Part shown: positions 39,292-53,625 of the stretch, piece after piece
Numbering within the stretch: the first letter of the stretch is position 1
How the letters are laid out: every line of letters starts with the position of its first letter
NCBI RefSeq assembly: GCF_036321535.1
Contig: NC_087437.1
Coordinates: 69,938,001-70,002,000 of the forward strand
DNA from: Camelus dromedarius
Lineage: Eukaryota
Direction of reading: 5' to 3'
DNA length: 64,000 bases
Made by a program: the position numbers and the translations under genes
The notes under the pieces: model-generated
Database searches by the model: none
What the model saw: the letters and a program-made list of their open reading frames with translations, nothing else
What the model was told of the DNA's origin: nothing

Positions 39292-39762
39292 TGTATTAGT
39301 ACCCTAGCACTACTGTAACAAATTACCACAAATTTGTTGACTTGAAACAACATAAATATATTATTTTACAGTTCTGGACCTCAGAAGTCTTGCTGGACTA
39401 AAACCAAGGTATGGACAGTGCTCTATTCCTCCTGGAGGCTCTAAATGGAGAAGCTGTTCCTTGCTTTTCCCAGCTTTTAGAGGCTGCCCACATTCCTTGG
39501 CTATTTCTTTTTCATAACCAGTATTAGCACCACTCCATCTTCTATTGTCACAACTCTTCTGGCTTTGACTTTACTGCCTTCTTCTTTTAACCCATGTGAT
39601 CACATTGGGCCACCTGGATAATCCAGGATAATCTTTCCATCTCAAGATCCTTCATTTAATTACATCTGCAAAGTTTCTTTTGTCATCTACAATAATATAT
39701 TCACAGGTCTGGAGGATTAGGATATGAGTATCTTTACAGGGGACATTACTTGGCTTACCACA
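39292..39762 (-). mobile_element. MLT1C/D solo LTR
   Basis: 'tgtattagt...ctgtaacaaattaccacaaa...cacctggataatccaggataatct...atctcaagatcctt...catctgcaaag...ccaca'. Confidence 0.9.
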
Positions 39763-39799
39763 ACTGCATGTCTTTTCTATCTTAAAACTGATGATACTT

Positions 39800-41430
39800 T
39801 TTCAACCTTTTGTCACTTTTAATTTATCACTTAGTCTGATTTATCAATCAGTCTCTTTCCCATGATAGTTAACTTTTAGTTTTGTTTTTTAGAAAAGCTA
39901 GTTCCTTGCTATCTCTATTTCCCTATTTACCATTCACATAGCTCTCCACTACTACTGGCCTCTGTCCAATACAAAAACTGTCCTGTTCAAATTCAAAATG
40001 ACCTTCAAATTGCCCATTTCAGTTGACATTTACCAGTCTATTCTTAACTGTACTTGACAGTAGCTTTTGACTTTGTTTAATTTTTTTTCTTCATGAAACT
40101 TTGTCTTCCATTGGATACTAAGACAATATTCCTTTTTTCCCTCATTCTATTCCTGCATCAGTCCTTTTTTTGTGGATTCTTGTCATCTGCCTTTCTTTAA
40201 ACACTAGTGTTTTCTAGAGACTTGCTACTCAAAGTGTGGCCTCATACCTGCAGAATCAGCATCACCTAGCAGCTTGTTAGAAATGATATCAGGCCCACTC
40301 CAAAGTTACTGAATCAAATTTTGTATTTTAATAAGATCTCCAGGTGACTTGCACACACACTAAAACTTGAGAAACACCAGTCTAGAAATTTGTATTTAAT
40401 GTTTTAACATGTTCCATAGAAGATCTGATCTACTATTCCATCTCTAACTACAAGCCCCAGATTTAAATCTTCAGCCTACATCACTCTTTGTATACAGAGC
40501 TATCTATCAGATCTCTTTCTCTACACATGCCATAGGCATTTCAAACTCACCCCATTCAAAATGAAATCATTATCACCAACCCCCCAGGTTCCCTGTTTTG
40601 GTGAAAAACTTCTTTACCCTAGTACCCAAGGCATGACTCCCCCTTCCCTTCCTCATCTCCACAATCACATAGTCATCTTACCAGGTCAATTCTCAGAAAT
40701 ATCTCCTCACATCTCCAACCCCTACTGTTGATATGGGTCATGACTGTATCATCTATTACCTCTTAACTTGTCTCCCTATCTGCAGTCATATCAGAGCTCC
40801 TCACGTGACTGCTACTATTTCAGTGTTTGAAAGGTTTTTGAAACACACATACTGGCATACAAACACACACATATCACAGACACACATAACTTAATCAAAC
40901 CAGTCTCCTGGTTTTAAAACTTCCCTGTCATATATAGAATAATATCCTAACTTTTTAGCATGGTGACAAAGGCACCATTGATTTGGCCCCTGACTCTTTT
41001 GTCTCTTTCCTACCAGTGCTCCCCTCCCTGCATAAACATTTTGAACTACTGGTATCACTTATACCACATAGCTTCATCCTTCTTAAGTCTGTAAAATTTC
41101 TGCTCTCCTCAGCATTTTGCAACTGATAAATTCATATGAAATCTTTGAAAACTGAGCTGAGATACCACATCTTTTCCTCTGACTCTAATGTATCTTTACC
41201 CCTAGTAGAGAGGAGTATTAGTGCTTTTATATATATCTTGACTTCTTTACACACACATATACTTCTTCTCTGATGATTATAACACTTGTCACAATGTTGA
41301 AATTATAACTGCCTGTTTATATTGAAAGCGAAGATGGTGTTTTTTTCTTATTATTTATCTCTGTATCTTTACCACTTAGCACAGTCTTTAGCACATAATA
41401 GGCACTCAATTAGTGTTTTGTGAATTAATT
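39800..41430 (+). mobile_element. Fragmented L2 LINE with a nested MER5A
   Basis: L2 ORF2/3' text: 'atgaccttcaaattgccc', 'taggcatttcaaactca', 'cttagcacagtc...agcacataataggcactcaat'. Confidence 0.7.
40219..40380. mobile_element. MER5A hAT MITE
   Basis: 'gctactcaaagtgtggcc...cagcatcacctagcagcttgttagaaat...aagatctccaggtgact...ttgagaaacac', flanked by TCTAGA-type target sites. Confidence 0.85.
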
Positions 41431-43559
41431 GATCAAATAGATAGTTGGTTGATCAACTGATTAAACAGCAGCCCCCAGGTCTCAGACTACAATGCTATAA
41501 AGATAGGGATCCCTGGACACATTCAATCCACTCAGGACTCCACTAGCAATTTAAATTGGAAAGTATCTTTAAGCCAATGCTTTTAAGTGTGCCTGGATAC
41601 TCCTCCAAATACCACAGTGTAATAATACTTCCTCTAGTTTTTGGATTATCTCCTAAATTAGCTGGAAGACTAAAAGATTTAAATATAAATCTGACTTCTG
41701 CAACATGAGTGTACTTCAGCTGTTTGACTTTACATGTAAAAATGTTTGAAATGTAAGAGTGTGGCTGATTTATAGTTACATATTTTTAAGAAATTGGGGC
41801 GGAGGTTTCTCATGTCTGAGCATCTTAGACGTTGGATGCCTAGTCACTCTCTGTAGGAACGTGCTGCTTGCTGTGTAAATAAAGTGGGTGCATCTTTATG
41901 GCTATCTCTCTGGAGCAGGAGTCCACCCCTAGTCCATGAAGCCACCCTAGTCTCTGCTGAGACTTGCTGAGAAAGGTGCTTCTCCCATGGCTGGGCAAGG
42001 AAGGTCTTTGTTTCTGAGGGAAGTTTCAGGCTGCATGGCAACTCTCAACCTTGTCTCTTCTCTCTGTATATGGTATACTACCAGGAGAGGTGGAAAGCTA
42101 TAATCTTTTCTCCTTTCTTCTCCCCAATCCCTTTTCTTTTCCACTAGGTCTAGGATGGAGAGAGGCTAGCACTAAATCCTGCTTTTGATTATCTATACCT
42201 TGTGAGACTTGGTGCAAGTCTCACTGATAGCAACAAAAAACACCTGGATTCTAGTTCTATCTCTGGAAGTACACTGTTAACCTTTAATCAGAAAACACAC
42301 AGTCCTAGCCAGGGCTTTGCTATTCTCTGTAAAGTCAAAAAATGGGAAGAAAGGGAGTCTAGGCTATGGGAGAGAAACTAACCAGGCAAAAACCAGGTTC
42401 TGGCTAGCATGAGCTGACAGGTATGCATAATCCATTTCCATTCAGAACTGGTGGCATTGTAGAAGAGCCTAGAGCAGGGATTCTCAACAATGCTAGCACA
42501 TTAGAACACATGTCGGGGGCTTTTAGGAATACAGATACCTTGCCCAGACTGCACTAGAACCAAAATGGGTGACCCTGTGTGGTCAGCACCACGAAAACCA
42601 GAGCTGAAAGTGAAAATAAGATAGGTGGAATAAAATTCTATAAAGGGATGAAAACCAAACCAAGGGCTTTTATAGGAGTAAAAGGCTGGTAGGAAAAGCT
42701 GAAGTAAGGTGTCAGGACAGGGTAAAAATGAATGGATGATTGTACCAATGTGGTAAAATCAGGGTCTAAGAAGCAAGAAATAAAATAAAGGTGGATGGGG
42801 CCCTCAAATTGGGTTGGGATATAAATATTGGTGTTGTACATACCCTCTACTCCAATCCTTAGGCTTGGTTGCCCCTCTCTGTGCTTCTAGAGTTTTTAAT
42901 TGTATTATTATTCACTATTGCTATCTTTTGAATTATATTTGCCCATTTACATGTTTAAATCCCAAGGGCCTAGTATTTTCTTATGAAGAAAAGGTGCTCA
43001 AAAAAAATACTGAGTGAGGTACTAAAGAGCCAAAATTTATGGCACTGTACATGATAGTATGTTTAGGGCAAAAAGTCAAAAACATTCTCTGAGGACAAAA
43101 CCCTAACACTACCCTGGGCAGGTGGGAATGAGATGCCTCCATACATTCTTAGTAAAACCAGTGCATCCACCTCTGGGAGATATCGACTAGACTGGGTTGC
43201 TGTTTTGGAGACCTGAAGCCAGTGATGACTTTCCTCCATTCTATCAAGAAGCACAGGAGTAACTAGAGGTATAAATGGGTTGATGGTTTGATGGTAAATA
43301 ATGTACAGTTCTTTTCCTTGTTTCCAATTCATTTAATCATTGAACAAAACTTTTATTTGACCAAGGAACTGAGCTAAACATTTGGGGATACAATGACAAT
43401 CGTGGTTGTGTGTGTTGTGGGTGTTCTGTGGTTTTACAACCTTATTTTTTTAAAGGAAGAGGCATCACATATGACACATATAAACGTGGATACTTACAGA
43501 TATTAATTTATGATGTTATATGCCATAATTTAAATTATAATTACATAGGAGGCAGTATA

Positions 43560-44063
43560 TGTCAAGAACTGGGAGGGATCCAAAAATTTGTCCAACTTAC
43601 AAACTAACAAATTAGCCCACCATAGTTTTATGAATGTTGGCAGATTTCTGGGTCAGAGACAAAGGACTTTATTACTCAGAAGGTAGCATGAGACTCATGT
43701 TTGTGCCAGTTCTCTGAGTCTTCTAAGGCCCCCATAGGTGACACAGGTAGGCATGGATAACTGCTGTGGAGTGGACACAGTTATTTTTGTTACACTGAGG
43801 AACCCTGAGCTTAGGAAGCCCCAGTGTCTTATAGTGGGCTGCAAGCAAACCCACCCAATCTTTACCCTGGAGGAAGACATTATCTTTATTATACTGAATA
43901 GCAAAAAAGATTGCCCTCTCTTCTGGAGCAAGACGCTACCTCTATCTTCCAAGGCTGCTATATACAAACAGTTGAAAGACAGTTTAGAACAAAAAGTTGT
44001 CAGTGCTTCTACTCACAAGTTGCGCAGAAACACAAAGGACTCATGGAGAACTGTCTCCCAATA
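43560..44063 (-). mobile_element. Old ERV solo LTR (subfamily not assigned)
   Basis: Antisense begins TATTGGGAGACAGTTCTCCATGAG and ends ...CTTGACA; antisense AATAAA ('ctttatta') near its 3' end. Confidence 0.75.
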
Positions 44064-44798
44064 TTATAATGGTACAGGGTAGTGTACAATTGGATATATA
44101 AAGTGGAAGGAGATAAAAAGGAGGGGTAAATTGATAAAAGCAGATACCAAAAAATAAAGCCAACACAGCCAGGATAATGTATCCTAGGTGTAATTAAGAG
44201 CAGAGCTAGAAAAAAGCAGGTAGAAAAGTTGACATCTGCTTCAATTATGGAGAGAGAATAACTCAGAGGATTTGAGTGAGAAATAAAGAATCTAAGGAGC
44301 TTCTCAGGAAACATAGAGGTCATCAGAAAGAGCATCTTCAGGTTGCAGAGCCAGCTTGAAAGGATCTTGTCCCTTCAAAAACCATGCTGCTAAGAAACAG
44401 TACCTAACAAATGTGGGAGTAAAACAGGATAAAGATGAAAAGCCAACTTTGTCTATGTAGCTATTACAAAGACATATACTAAAGCTGCCACACTCTACTT
44501 GTAACACATTGACTTACAGTAAACAGGGTTGCTGGATGTTTGCCACTATCCCAGCTTTTTCAGAAGTCTTAAGCTGGTTCCTTTTAGTCCTACCCAGTTT
44601 GAGGATCTAGGTTTTTTCTTTACATCATCATAGCACTTTTGTTTCAGGGGCTAATGAATGTCCTAGGCTTTTGAAAGTGGGGAGGGGATTGTAATATTAG
44701 GGTAATTACTTACAGAAAACTCAAAGACTATAGGGGTTAATTCAATAACTTTTATCTCTCATTCACAAAATCCATTCCCAGTGTTCCTGATCAGATGG

Positions 44799-45160
44799 TA
44801 TATTAGTCAGCTTTGCTGCATTCACAACTGACCGCAAAATCTTAGTGGCTTTCAGCAACAGAGCACAGTATAATTGGTGGCTGCAGCTTGGCTGCAGATG
44901 CTGTGTCTCTGCTTGAATCTATTCGGCTCTGCTCCATGTGTCTCTTTATTCTTGGACCCAAGCTAAAGAAGAAATCTCTAAGTGGGATGGGCCACTTCAT
45001 GGTAGGAGGCAGAAGCAAAAGAACTGGCAGAATCTCACAATGCCTCCCTTCTGGAAGGTGGTAGGATAGACCAAGTACATCACCCAGCTGAGTTCAACAT
45101 CAAAAGGAAGGAGTTCTTACCGGGAAGCGAATATACCTGTAAATCATAATTTAATTTATA
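44799..45160 (-). mobile_element. MLT1 (H/I-like) LTR fragment
   Basis: 'tattagtcagctttgctgca...caaaatcttagtggctt...ctctgctccatgtgtctc'. Confidence 0.7.
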
Positions 45161-46734
45161 ATGAATAGTTTTCTTGGGAATTTTTTTTCAAACTGTCACT
45201 CTGGGATCTTTCCTCCATCTTGGGGTAGTACTACTGTCTAGGGTCTCTCTGAGATAGAAACGTAACTGGCAGGAAACCTACTAGAAAGCAATAATCAAAT
45301 GACGTGTGTATGGGGAAGGAAGGTTTCTAATCCAAAAGCAGACTCAAAAAAAGACATCAAGGGAAGGAAGAGGTACAAGGTCAAAGGCACAGCTTAGCAG
45401 TTGCTGACCGTGATCATGGTCCCTGGTGGACTGGGTCATTCAGGACACTCAGAGGAGTCTCCTTGAAAATCAGACAGGGGAGAAGCACCAACAGTTGGTT
45501 CTTCTATCCATAGCAGTTCCCTGGCAAAGATGAGTAGACAGATTCCCTGTCGCTTTGTCTCAGACATCCTGCAGGGAAAGTCTAGTTGGTGTCTTCCTGA
45601 AGCTCAGCGTTCCAGTTCCTTCAACTGCTCGGGCGGATACCCCTGTTTCCTTCACTTAGTAATCATGAAGAGTTCTGCTCTTCAATCAACTTTGATTTTT
45701 GTATTTACTCCAAGGCCTGAGTGCCACAGGGGAAGTAGAAAAGTAAGGAAATGCAATAAACCTGGGGATCATCTATGTGGAAGAAAGAACTTCCTTTTTA
45801 TCCTTAGGTAGAGGCAACTGAAAAGTCAGACTAAGAGCAAGTGATGGGCAAAATATACGCAGGGGTGCCCTCAGTCTTTAGAGGTTACTCTTGCCCTCTC
45901 CTGGAGTACTCTGTCCTGATTCATCACTCAGGTAAATAAGAGGGCTGTGGATCTAGATTAAGACTCAAATATGCAACAGGACCTTGAAGAAATACTTTGC
46001 TCACCAGCATCCCTGTTTTAGGTGTCTCCCAGCCCCCATCCAACTTCCAATCTCCTATGGATACACCCCAGATATACAGAGAATCATTATTTATTTATTT
46101 GTTTAATAACCCCACTTTAACATCTCAGCTTTAAATTGAGAGCCCACAGCTGTTTAAATTGCTGCATTATTCCAGTCGCACCCCAGAACTTTCAGGAACC
46201 ATGGGGACCTCGCACTTTAGTTGAAATTACATGTGTGTGTCGATGAAAACAAAGAATGCCAGGATGACTAAAAGCTTTGCTCATCATGTCCCCTTGATTC
46301 TGTATACCTTTTCTTCAAAAAAAAAAAAAAATCACTCTGTTGATTCCTCGGCTATTTAAACGTCATTACTATTTTAGCCACAAGTAAGATTTTGGCATTC
46401 TGCATGAGCATTTGCTTGCATGCCCAAAATGGGAGGAAAGATGTTAAGAAAGTGCTCCTGAGAGTGACAGGGAACATGGGAGGACATGGTATGTGAGACT
46501 ATTTGAGTCATTTTTGTGAAAGGCTTGGAAGCTGCAGCTTTCTCTCCTGCAAAGGATAAACTCCCAAACCTCAGTGGCTCCATCAAATGACATATGAAAT
46601 CCAAATGGCTAGCAGGAGAGAGTGTTCTCTCTGGTAAGCCACCTCCTGAGTCGATCATATACACACCCAGACCCTATCTGGGGGCATCTCCCTCTTCTGG
46701 AGGCTCAGATTCCTCTCCACTCAGGCTTTGAGTG

Positions 46735-46932
46735 AGGAAAGAGACTAGCGGACGAGGAGCCAGGCCTGGCAAAAGGCATCAATCACTCCTGCCCACATTC
46801 CGTTGGCCACAACTCAGCACACAACCCCACCTAACTGGAGCTGGGGGAGCCTGGGTCATGTAATCAAGCTGAATGCTCAGTCAGAAAGAACAGGACAGGA
46901 ATTTGGTAAATAACCAGTCAGTGTTCGCAACC
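46735..46932 (-). mobile_element. Old MLT1 LTR fragment
   Basis: 'atcactcctgcccacattccgttggccacaactcag...ccacctaact...gctggggg'. Confidence 0.65.
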
Positions 46933-49900
46933 AGCTAGCCCTGAAATTAAGAGTGCAGTTAAAGCCGCCTCCCTTTGGATCCTCAATGTTCACAAATTAT
47001 TGCTGAACACTCTCCTGTCTTTCTGGGTGATGCTGCTGCTTCAGAAGCCTTTGCGGTGCTTAGAAACCCTGCCAGCCAGGCTTCCCTCCCGCCACGTAGC
47101 CCCCACCCTACCTTCTGCTCCACATGGCAAAGGTATTGCTGGCGGCAGTAAAGTGTTGCTTAAGGTGGGGAGGGGGTGGGTAAGTAACTGGTTACAAAAT
47201 ATTGCTTGGGACACTGAGCTTATAATTTCATCACTGTCTACTTTTCCAGCTTACTCCACATCCACAGTACTCTAGAGATAATTTCTTCTTGTTTTCTGAG
47301 GCTACAGCTGAGCATATTTTAAACACTGGTGCCCACCCTCAGGGTATCCTGACACTCATCCTATGGGCAAGACTGCATGCCAACTTCAGGATATGAAACA
47401 GGTTTAAAAATAGTATTCCTGTCCCTACCCATAACTTTCCAGAGAATAGGTACAGGGATATTCTTGTGTGAGATAAAATTGGTATCTCTCCCCTGCCCCC
47501 AGCTTCCCCTTCTTTTTTAATTACTTCCTTCCTCCCACTATTTTCCACACTATCTGAATTGTATCAGCCCCAGGCATATGGGAAAGTGGGTACCACCGGA
47601 TGGCTATTGTCAGTCAGGAAATAGTTACCATCAAACACTGTTTGCTAATGATCATATTTGATGTGATAAAATGGATGTGAATATTAAGTTTGAACCATCT
47701 CGGCACCATCTCAGATTTAAAAAAAAAAAAACAGGCATGAGAACTGACAGCTTTGCATAAACCATTTTCTTTCTATTTTCTGTAATTCTGACATATTCAC
47801 ATTTCACTAAATAAGAGTGAACACCACCATCCGCCCACTCACCAGGCGTTCACTTTATATATAGCTATAGATATTCAATGCAAAACAAAGCAAAAAATGA
47901 TTCGTGTAACATAGAGTTTGTGGGGTTCTCAAGAGAGCTGGGGCTAAAATTTTTATATTTAACTTTGGTCCTGGTTGTGGTTCTACAAACTGGCATTGGT
48001 TAAGACACTATGCAACTTTGTGCTTCAGCTCCTTGTTTATCATTCATTCACTCATGCATTCAATATTTTTGTGTGTGTCCTGAATACCTGGGACTATGCT
48101 AAGTTCTAGGAACACAGAGTAGAATGATACCATTTTTGCATGAGGAGCTCACAGTCTCATGGATGCTATTATAGAAGGACATATACAATAGTAACTGTTA
48201 TATCTGGGGAAAGGGGAGAGTGACAAAGGCTTCAGAACCCTGGATGGCTCTTCAGAGATGAAGCATTATCCAGACAGAAGACTTTATCTTACATACCTTT
48301 GCACTGAGTGATCACCACAGGCTGGGCACTGTTTGGGGAACTACAAATGTGATAAGACCTAAGGCTGCAGAGACCGTTAGAATTTAGACTTTAGAAGGTC
48401 TTATAAACTGTACATCGTTTTGGACTTCATGCCTGAGCACTTTGTGAGTAGAGAGTCACAGGATCAGTGCCTCAGAACTGCTTTCTTACTCACTGTCATG
48501 GTGGGGGACACAAAAGGATTGCATAGATTCAAAGTTTAGGCCTCTATTTGGCAACTCTTTTATTAATTCACTCTCAAATCCTTAACTTCATACAATGAGA
48601 TATTTCCGGACCTTTTTCAAATGGTCAGGGTCATTCAGTTCTATTTGTGTTCTCACCCTGGACACATTCCACATTTCAATCATGATGAGAGAAAACATTA
48701 CTCTTGGCTTAAAGTTCCTTTCTCCATTTCTTTCCACTCCTTAGGTACTGGGAAGTCCCTGAAATCAAAGCTCTTGGAGCTTAACTTGAGGAGTCTGGGA
48801 GGTTCAATCCTTAGAAAAGAGTAAGGTGTCATTAGCGTGTGCTTTCGATACTCTGTAAGCATCTAAACACAGATGTTTTCATCTAAAGACAGAAAAACGT
48901 GGAAGGCCTTCAAGTCTGCATGCTTCTAAGAGCATAGGTCTAGCATTCTAAACAGGTTACGCTTGGTTCCAGTTCATAATGAGACTCCCTGCTGGCTTTC
49001 AAGTTCTGGCTACAACTTAGTGACTCCAACCACTGACCACCCACCACTCTCATTTCAAAAAACTCTGGCCCTGTAAGTCACCTAATTCTGGCCTTGGTAA
49101 GGTTATCCTTCAGGATACAAATGTTTTTGATGGAACAATTTGGATACAATGGTCTCTTGTGACCCACTAAGAAAGCTTACTTCCCTCTCCCTGCCTGGCC
49201 ACCTCCACGCACAGGCCCCTGCAGTCCTGGGAGAAATTTAAGTTCCAAAGACAGCCTAACCTGGATTTCTGGAGCTGTTGGTCAGGGCTCTGTCCCCGTA
49301 CCCTCTCCTCCCTCTGAGATATTGGGCCTAGAGTGCCGTCCTTACTTCAGCCCCACGGTGGGTGTTCTGGACCACACTAGTGAGAACAGGCTGAGCTCCC
49401 TCTTGGTGGGATGTTGGGGTTCACTTCCTTCAGCCGCTGTCTGAGAGCCTGTGGCCAAGCACTTCAGCAGCTGAGTCCCGGGAAGCCCAGGGAGCTACAT
49501 TTGAGGATTTCAGCTACTGCTGCTTTCTTCCACACCAGCTCCTGTGGATAGGTGGGTGGGGCAAAACTTTCCATAGGAAGTAGCCACACTTTCTTCTCCC
49601 TTGCCCACTGCCACACCCCCACTGCCCATCCTGACCAATGCTTACCAAATTTGGGGAGAGTGTTCAGTTTTTAAGGAAGCTGAGTTCAAAATGTAAAGTT
49701 CACTGAGAACTTGACACAGTCCTCTTGCAGAACTTCACACAGATACAGCCCACACCAATCTCAGGTGGACCTAATTAACCACCTCCTATGTTGAGGGTTC
49801 CCTTAGCAGTGTTCTCTGAACCAGGCCTCCAGGTTCAGGGCATATGCAGAACCTCTTTTATTAACCTGACAGGCCTTCAGGAGAGTGACTTGCCCAGCTC

Positions 49901-51099
49901 TCCCATTCTCATCTTGTCCAAAGACTTGCTCAATAATGCTTAGGCATTAAGAACAAAGATGGAAGTGTTAATCAGTTTGGAGATGTTGATGACCTCAACA
50001 CAAGGTGGGGCGGGAGGCTCTGAGACATCGGCTCAAGTGCCTGTTATTCTTGAAGCATCATAGGGATGTTCCCTGCTTAAGGTTTCTATACTTCCTCACT
50101 AGCACTAGAAAAGCACTTCCCCCAAACCTCAACTTTTAACGATTATTTCTTTCAGAAACAAGAGGAAAACTTTCCATAAGAGTGGTAAAGGGCGATTATT
50201 CCTAATGGCAAATTGGAATCTTTTCCTGACCATATTTACTGTGCTGTCCAGGGCTCTCCCTTTAGAAATAGGTTTACCTTTTTTAAAGATAGCTGGATTA
50301 AGAAGGATGGATTTGTGGATCATATTTCATGACCCTTCTAGGGAAACTAATTAGGGTCAACAGACAGAGCACCTTACAAAGACCGTGTTAGAATCACTGC
50401 TCTGCTGGTATATTAGCCATGAGAAACTTACGTCTATACAGATGCTAATTCAGCTCTTGTAAGGCCTGTTATTTTCTAGTCTTAACCGCGGATTGCAGGT
50501 TGCCCTACCATTCCAAGCAGTCAGGAAGAGTTTCTTCTTTTTGTCTCACTGAACCACTGTGTTGGTGACTGAGTCTCATCTAGAATTAAGGCAAAGTGAC
50601 GTGCGTGGGTGTATGTGTGCTGTGATGCCTGTGATGTGATCTAAGTTGCAATCAGACTCACATGTTAACACTATCACAAATGGTGCACACGTGTAATGGC
50701 AGTATTTTGCCCTTACTAACCCAGCTGAGACTTAACTGACAGCCATCCCCAAACCAAAGCTTCTTGCAGCTTCCTTGACTGGTGTTCAGGGGCTGCTCTT
50801 GGAGTTTCAGCTTGAAAGAAAAGTTCTTGGTGCAGGTGAAGAGATGGGTCTACTTTTTGAAAGACCAGGCCATTGAAGGACTCAGGTCCAAGATGTCAGC
50901 AACCTGAAAGTCCTTCTCACAGGAAGACAATGATTATTTAGAGAGAATTCTGACTCAACAAGGTTTCCAGAAGCTTCCACAGTGCCCTTAAAACAACCTA
51001 GCAACCTCATAGCCCTTTTATCTCTTTATACCAATATTTATCCTTTTCCTCAACGAATGATTTTTCAACACCCACTATGTGGCAGACCTCATCCTAGGC

Positions 51100-51287
51100 C
51101 AGTGTTTCTCAGACCTTAGCTTGCAGCAGAATTCCCTGGAGAGCTTTTTAAAACACATATTAGCAGCATTCCATGGCCAGAATTTCTAATTTAGTAGATC
51201 TGGGGTAGAAGCCAAGAATTTGTGCTTCTGACAAGTTCCCAGGTGATAATTATGCTTTTAGTCCAGGGAACCTTGAGAACCTTTGTT
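51100..51287. mobile_element. MER5A hAT MITE
   Basis: 'cagtgtttctcag...tagtagatctggggtag...aagaatttgtgcttctgacaagttcccaggtgat'. Confidence 0.82.
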
Positions 51288-51659
51288 CTACTCACTAGAA
51301 AAACAAAATAAAACAAAAAAGATACACACAGAAAAAGATCTCTATTCTCTTGAAAATTAAATTACTTTCTTTTGTCAAAAGAGCAACCTTAGTGACCCAT
51401 TTAAACTGTAGTTCAACAGTTCAAACTATTAGCATGAGGAAAGCTGGCTTCTCTTTTCCTCAGTGCAAGATGGACTATAGCTTCAAAAATATAATTGCTT
51501 CATCTCTGTTCCCTGGGAGGTAAAATGGTCTCACCCTCTCCCACAGAATGAGTCAAATCACTCTTATAATGGTGTAAAGAATAAGACAAAACAGGTTTAA
51601 TCTTCATTTTAAAACAGACATTCATTTTCTTCCACATGAGTTTTGGGAAAAATTCCTTG

Positions 51660-53150
51660 TGAAGGATGGATTGGAAGAAGTAAGTTGAAGGTAGGAAAAC
51701 CAGTTAAGAAACAATTATAGTAAACTTGGCCAATAAAAGATCAGATTCTGAGTTAATACAATAGTAGTGGAGGTAGATAATGGGGGGAGGGGCAGATGAA
51801 AGCATTTATAAATGTAGAAACAACCAGGTATAAAAACTCATCTCGACTGTGAAGTAAAAGTGAGGGTGATGTCAAGAGTGATTCCTAGATTTCTGTGTTG
51901 GACATTCACTAAATCAGTTAGTCACTAATTCCTAAGATTAGTAAAATTTGAAGGAAAACAAGATTAGGGAAAAGAAAATGAGCTCAATTTTAGAGTTTCC
52001 TTAGGCCATCCAGATGGAAAAGTTCTCTTAGACAGCTGTCTCTAAAGAAGCAGAGACTGGGGGTAAGCTTCAGGCTGCAGATAAAGATTTTTGAGCCACA
52101 GCTTATACAGTAGCAGTATCAGAATAAAGTAGTGGAGGAAACGTCCAGAATTATAAAGCTATCTGTGACACACCAATACTAACTGAGTGGACAAAAGAAA
52201 AGATGCCCATATAAAGACTATAAAAGATTATCAAAGAAAAAGAACAGGAAGGAACAATATTTCAGAAGCCAAAGGAGATGTTTCTTTAAAGAGAGAAGTA
52301 TACATCATGTCTACTGCCATAAGAAACCCAACAGGATGAGGACTGAAAACAGTTCATCAGATTTGGCAGTGAGGTCACCAGAGAAGTTTTTTTTAAAGTG
52401 TGGAGGCCTGACATTTAATTTTATTAGGATGAGAGTAAGAGGAATTGAGACAGGAAAGAAGGTAAGTGTACAATATTCTTTAAAGTAGCTTGTGTATGAT
52501 GTTGTGTATGACACTGAAACCCAGAAGAGAGAGATGCAGAGAGTGAGAGGGACAGAGAGAGAGAATTAGAATGACCAGGAACACAGATGTGTGAATTCTC
52601 TTTGAGCCCAAGGTATATTATTTCCTTGAGATCTGAAGGAAAAGAAGTAAGCTGAGTACACTAATTGATCCATTTGTATAAAGGTGAAGAAGACTGCAAT
52701 TGATAGCCTCTAACTTTTTGATGAAGCAGGAGGCAAAGCTGTTCACTGAGATGGAGAAAAGAACCAATAAATAGTTTGTGTAGAGAGCAGTCTGGAGGAA
52801 TCACTGTGTGAGGAACAGAAGAGTCCATCAGTGATATATGAACAAAAAAATCAGATGGTGCCAAGAACCTGAGAAGAGTATCAGCCCATGAATTTGTAAT
52901 GACACCATTTTTCTCAACAGCATTCAGTAGTCCAAGTGAGGTGTAGAGAAGGAAAATTGAAGGATGACTCAATGGGTGGTTTGCTTCATCAGAAAGACAA
53001 CAGGGCTACAAAATCAAGAACTCTGCAAGAGAGGGACTAAGTGATGAACAATGGAGTCTCCTATACAGACTTCTGGAAGTAAACAAAACTATGAGTGAAT
53101 GACAGATTCAGAAAAGGCAGTGTTCAAAGTGTTGGAGAGTGAGAAGCTAA
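51660..53150 (-). mobile_element. Fragmented L2 LINE
   Basis: Purine-rich antisense L2 text: 'gtcaagagtgattcctagatttctg', 'gagctcaattttag', 'ggatgaggactgaaaa...gatttggcagtgaggtca'. Confidence 0.7.
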
Positions 53151-53189
53151 GAATTTAAGACATAGGAAGATCAATGTTCAGTAGCTTGC

Positions 53190-53420
53190 ATATTTATTAT
53201 TTTATATTCATGTAATACTATGATCTAAGCATTGTTTAATATTAATTTATTGAATCCATATAATAACCTTAAGGAACATTATTATGGTTATAGCCCCCAA
53301 TATGCAGATGTGGAAATCTGAGTCACAGAGAAATTTACTTGCCTGTGATCAGACACATACTAAGTGGTAGAGCTGGAACTTAAATCCAGGCAATTTGGCT
53401 ACAGAAGTTCTACTGCTAAT
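53190..53420 (-). mobile_element. MIR SINE
   Basis: 'cagatgtggaaatctgagtcacagaga...ctaagtggtagagctggaacttaaatccaggca'. Confidence 0.75.
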
Positions 53421-53489
53421 CAATACTTTATGCTGCCTCCCCTTTGACATTTTAGATTTCAGAGTTGCTCTGGGCCAACAGCTTTCAAT

Positions 53490-53625
53490 TTTGGTTGCTT
53501 CTTAGATTTAGTGAGGCCACACCCCAAACTCAGAATGTCTGGGAGTGGGATCTAGGGATCTGTGGTCTACCAAGCTCCCCAGGTGATTGCAACATGCAGA
53601 CCAGGGTAAGAACCACTGATCTAGA
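53490..53625. mobile_element. MER5B-like MITE fragment
   Basis: 'cagaatgtctgggagtggga...caagctccccaggtgatt...aagaaccactgatctaga'. Confidence 0.7.

Noticed and set aside
45604..45648. Minus-strand peptide KQGYPPEQLKELER resembling homeodomain helix 1
   Set aside because: A stop follows immediately and I found no WFxNRR-type helix 3 downstream; likely coincidence.
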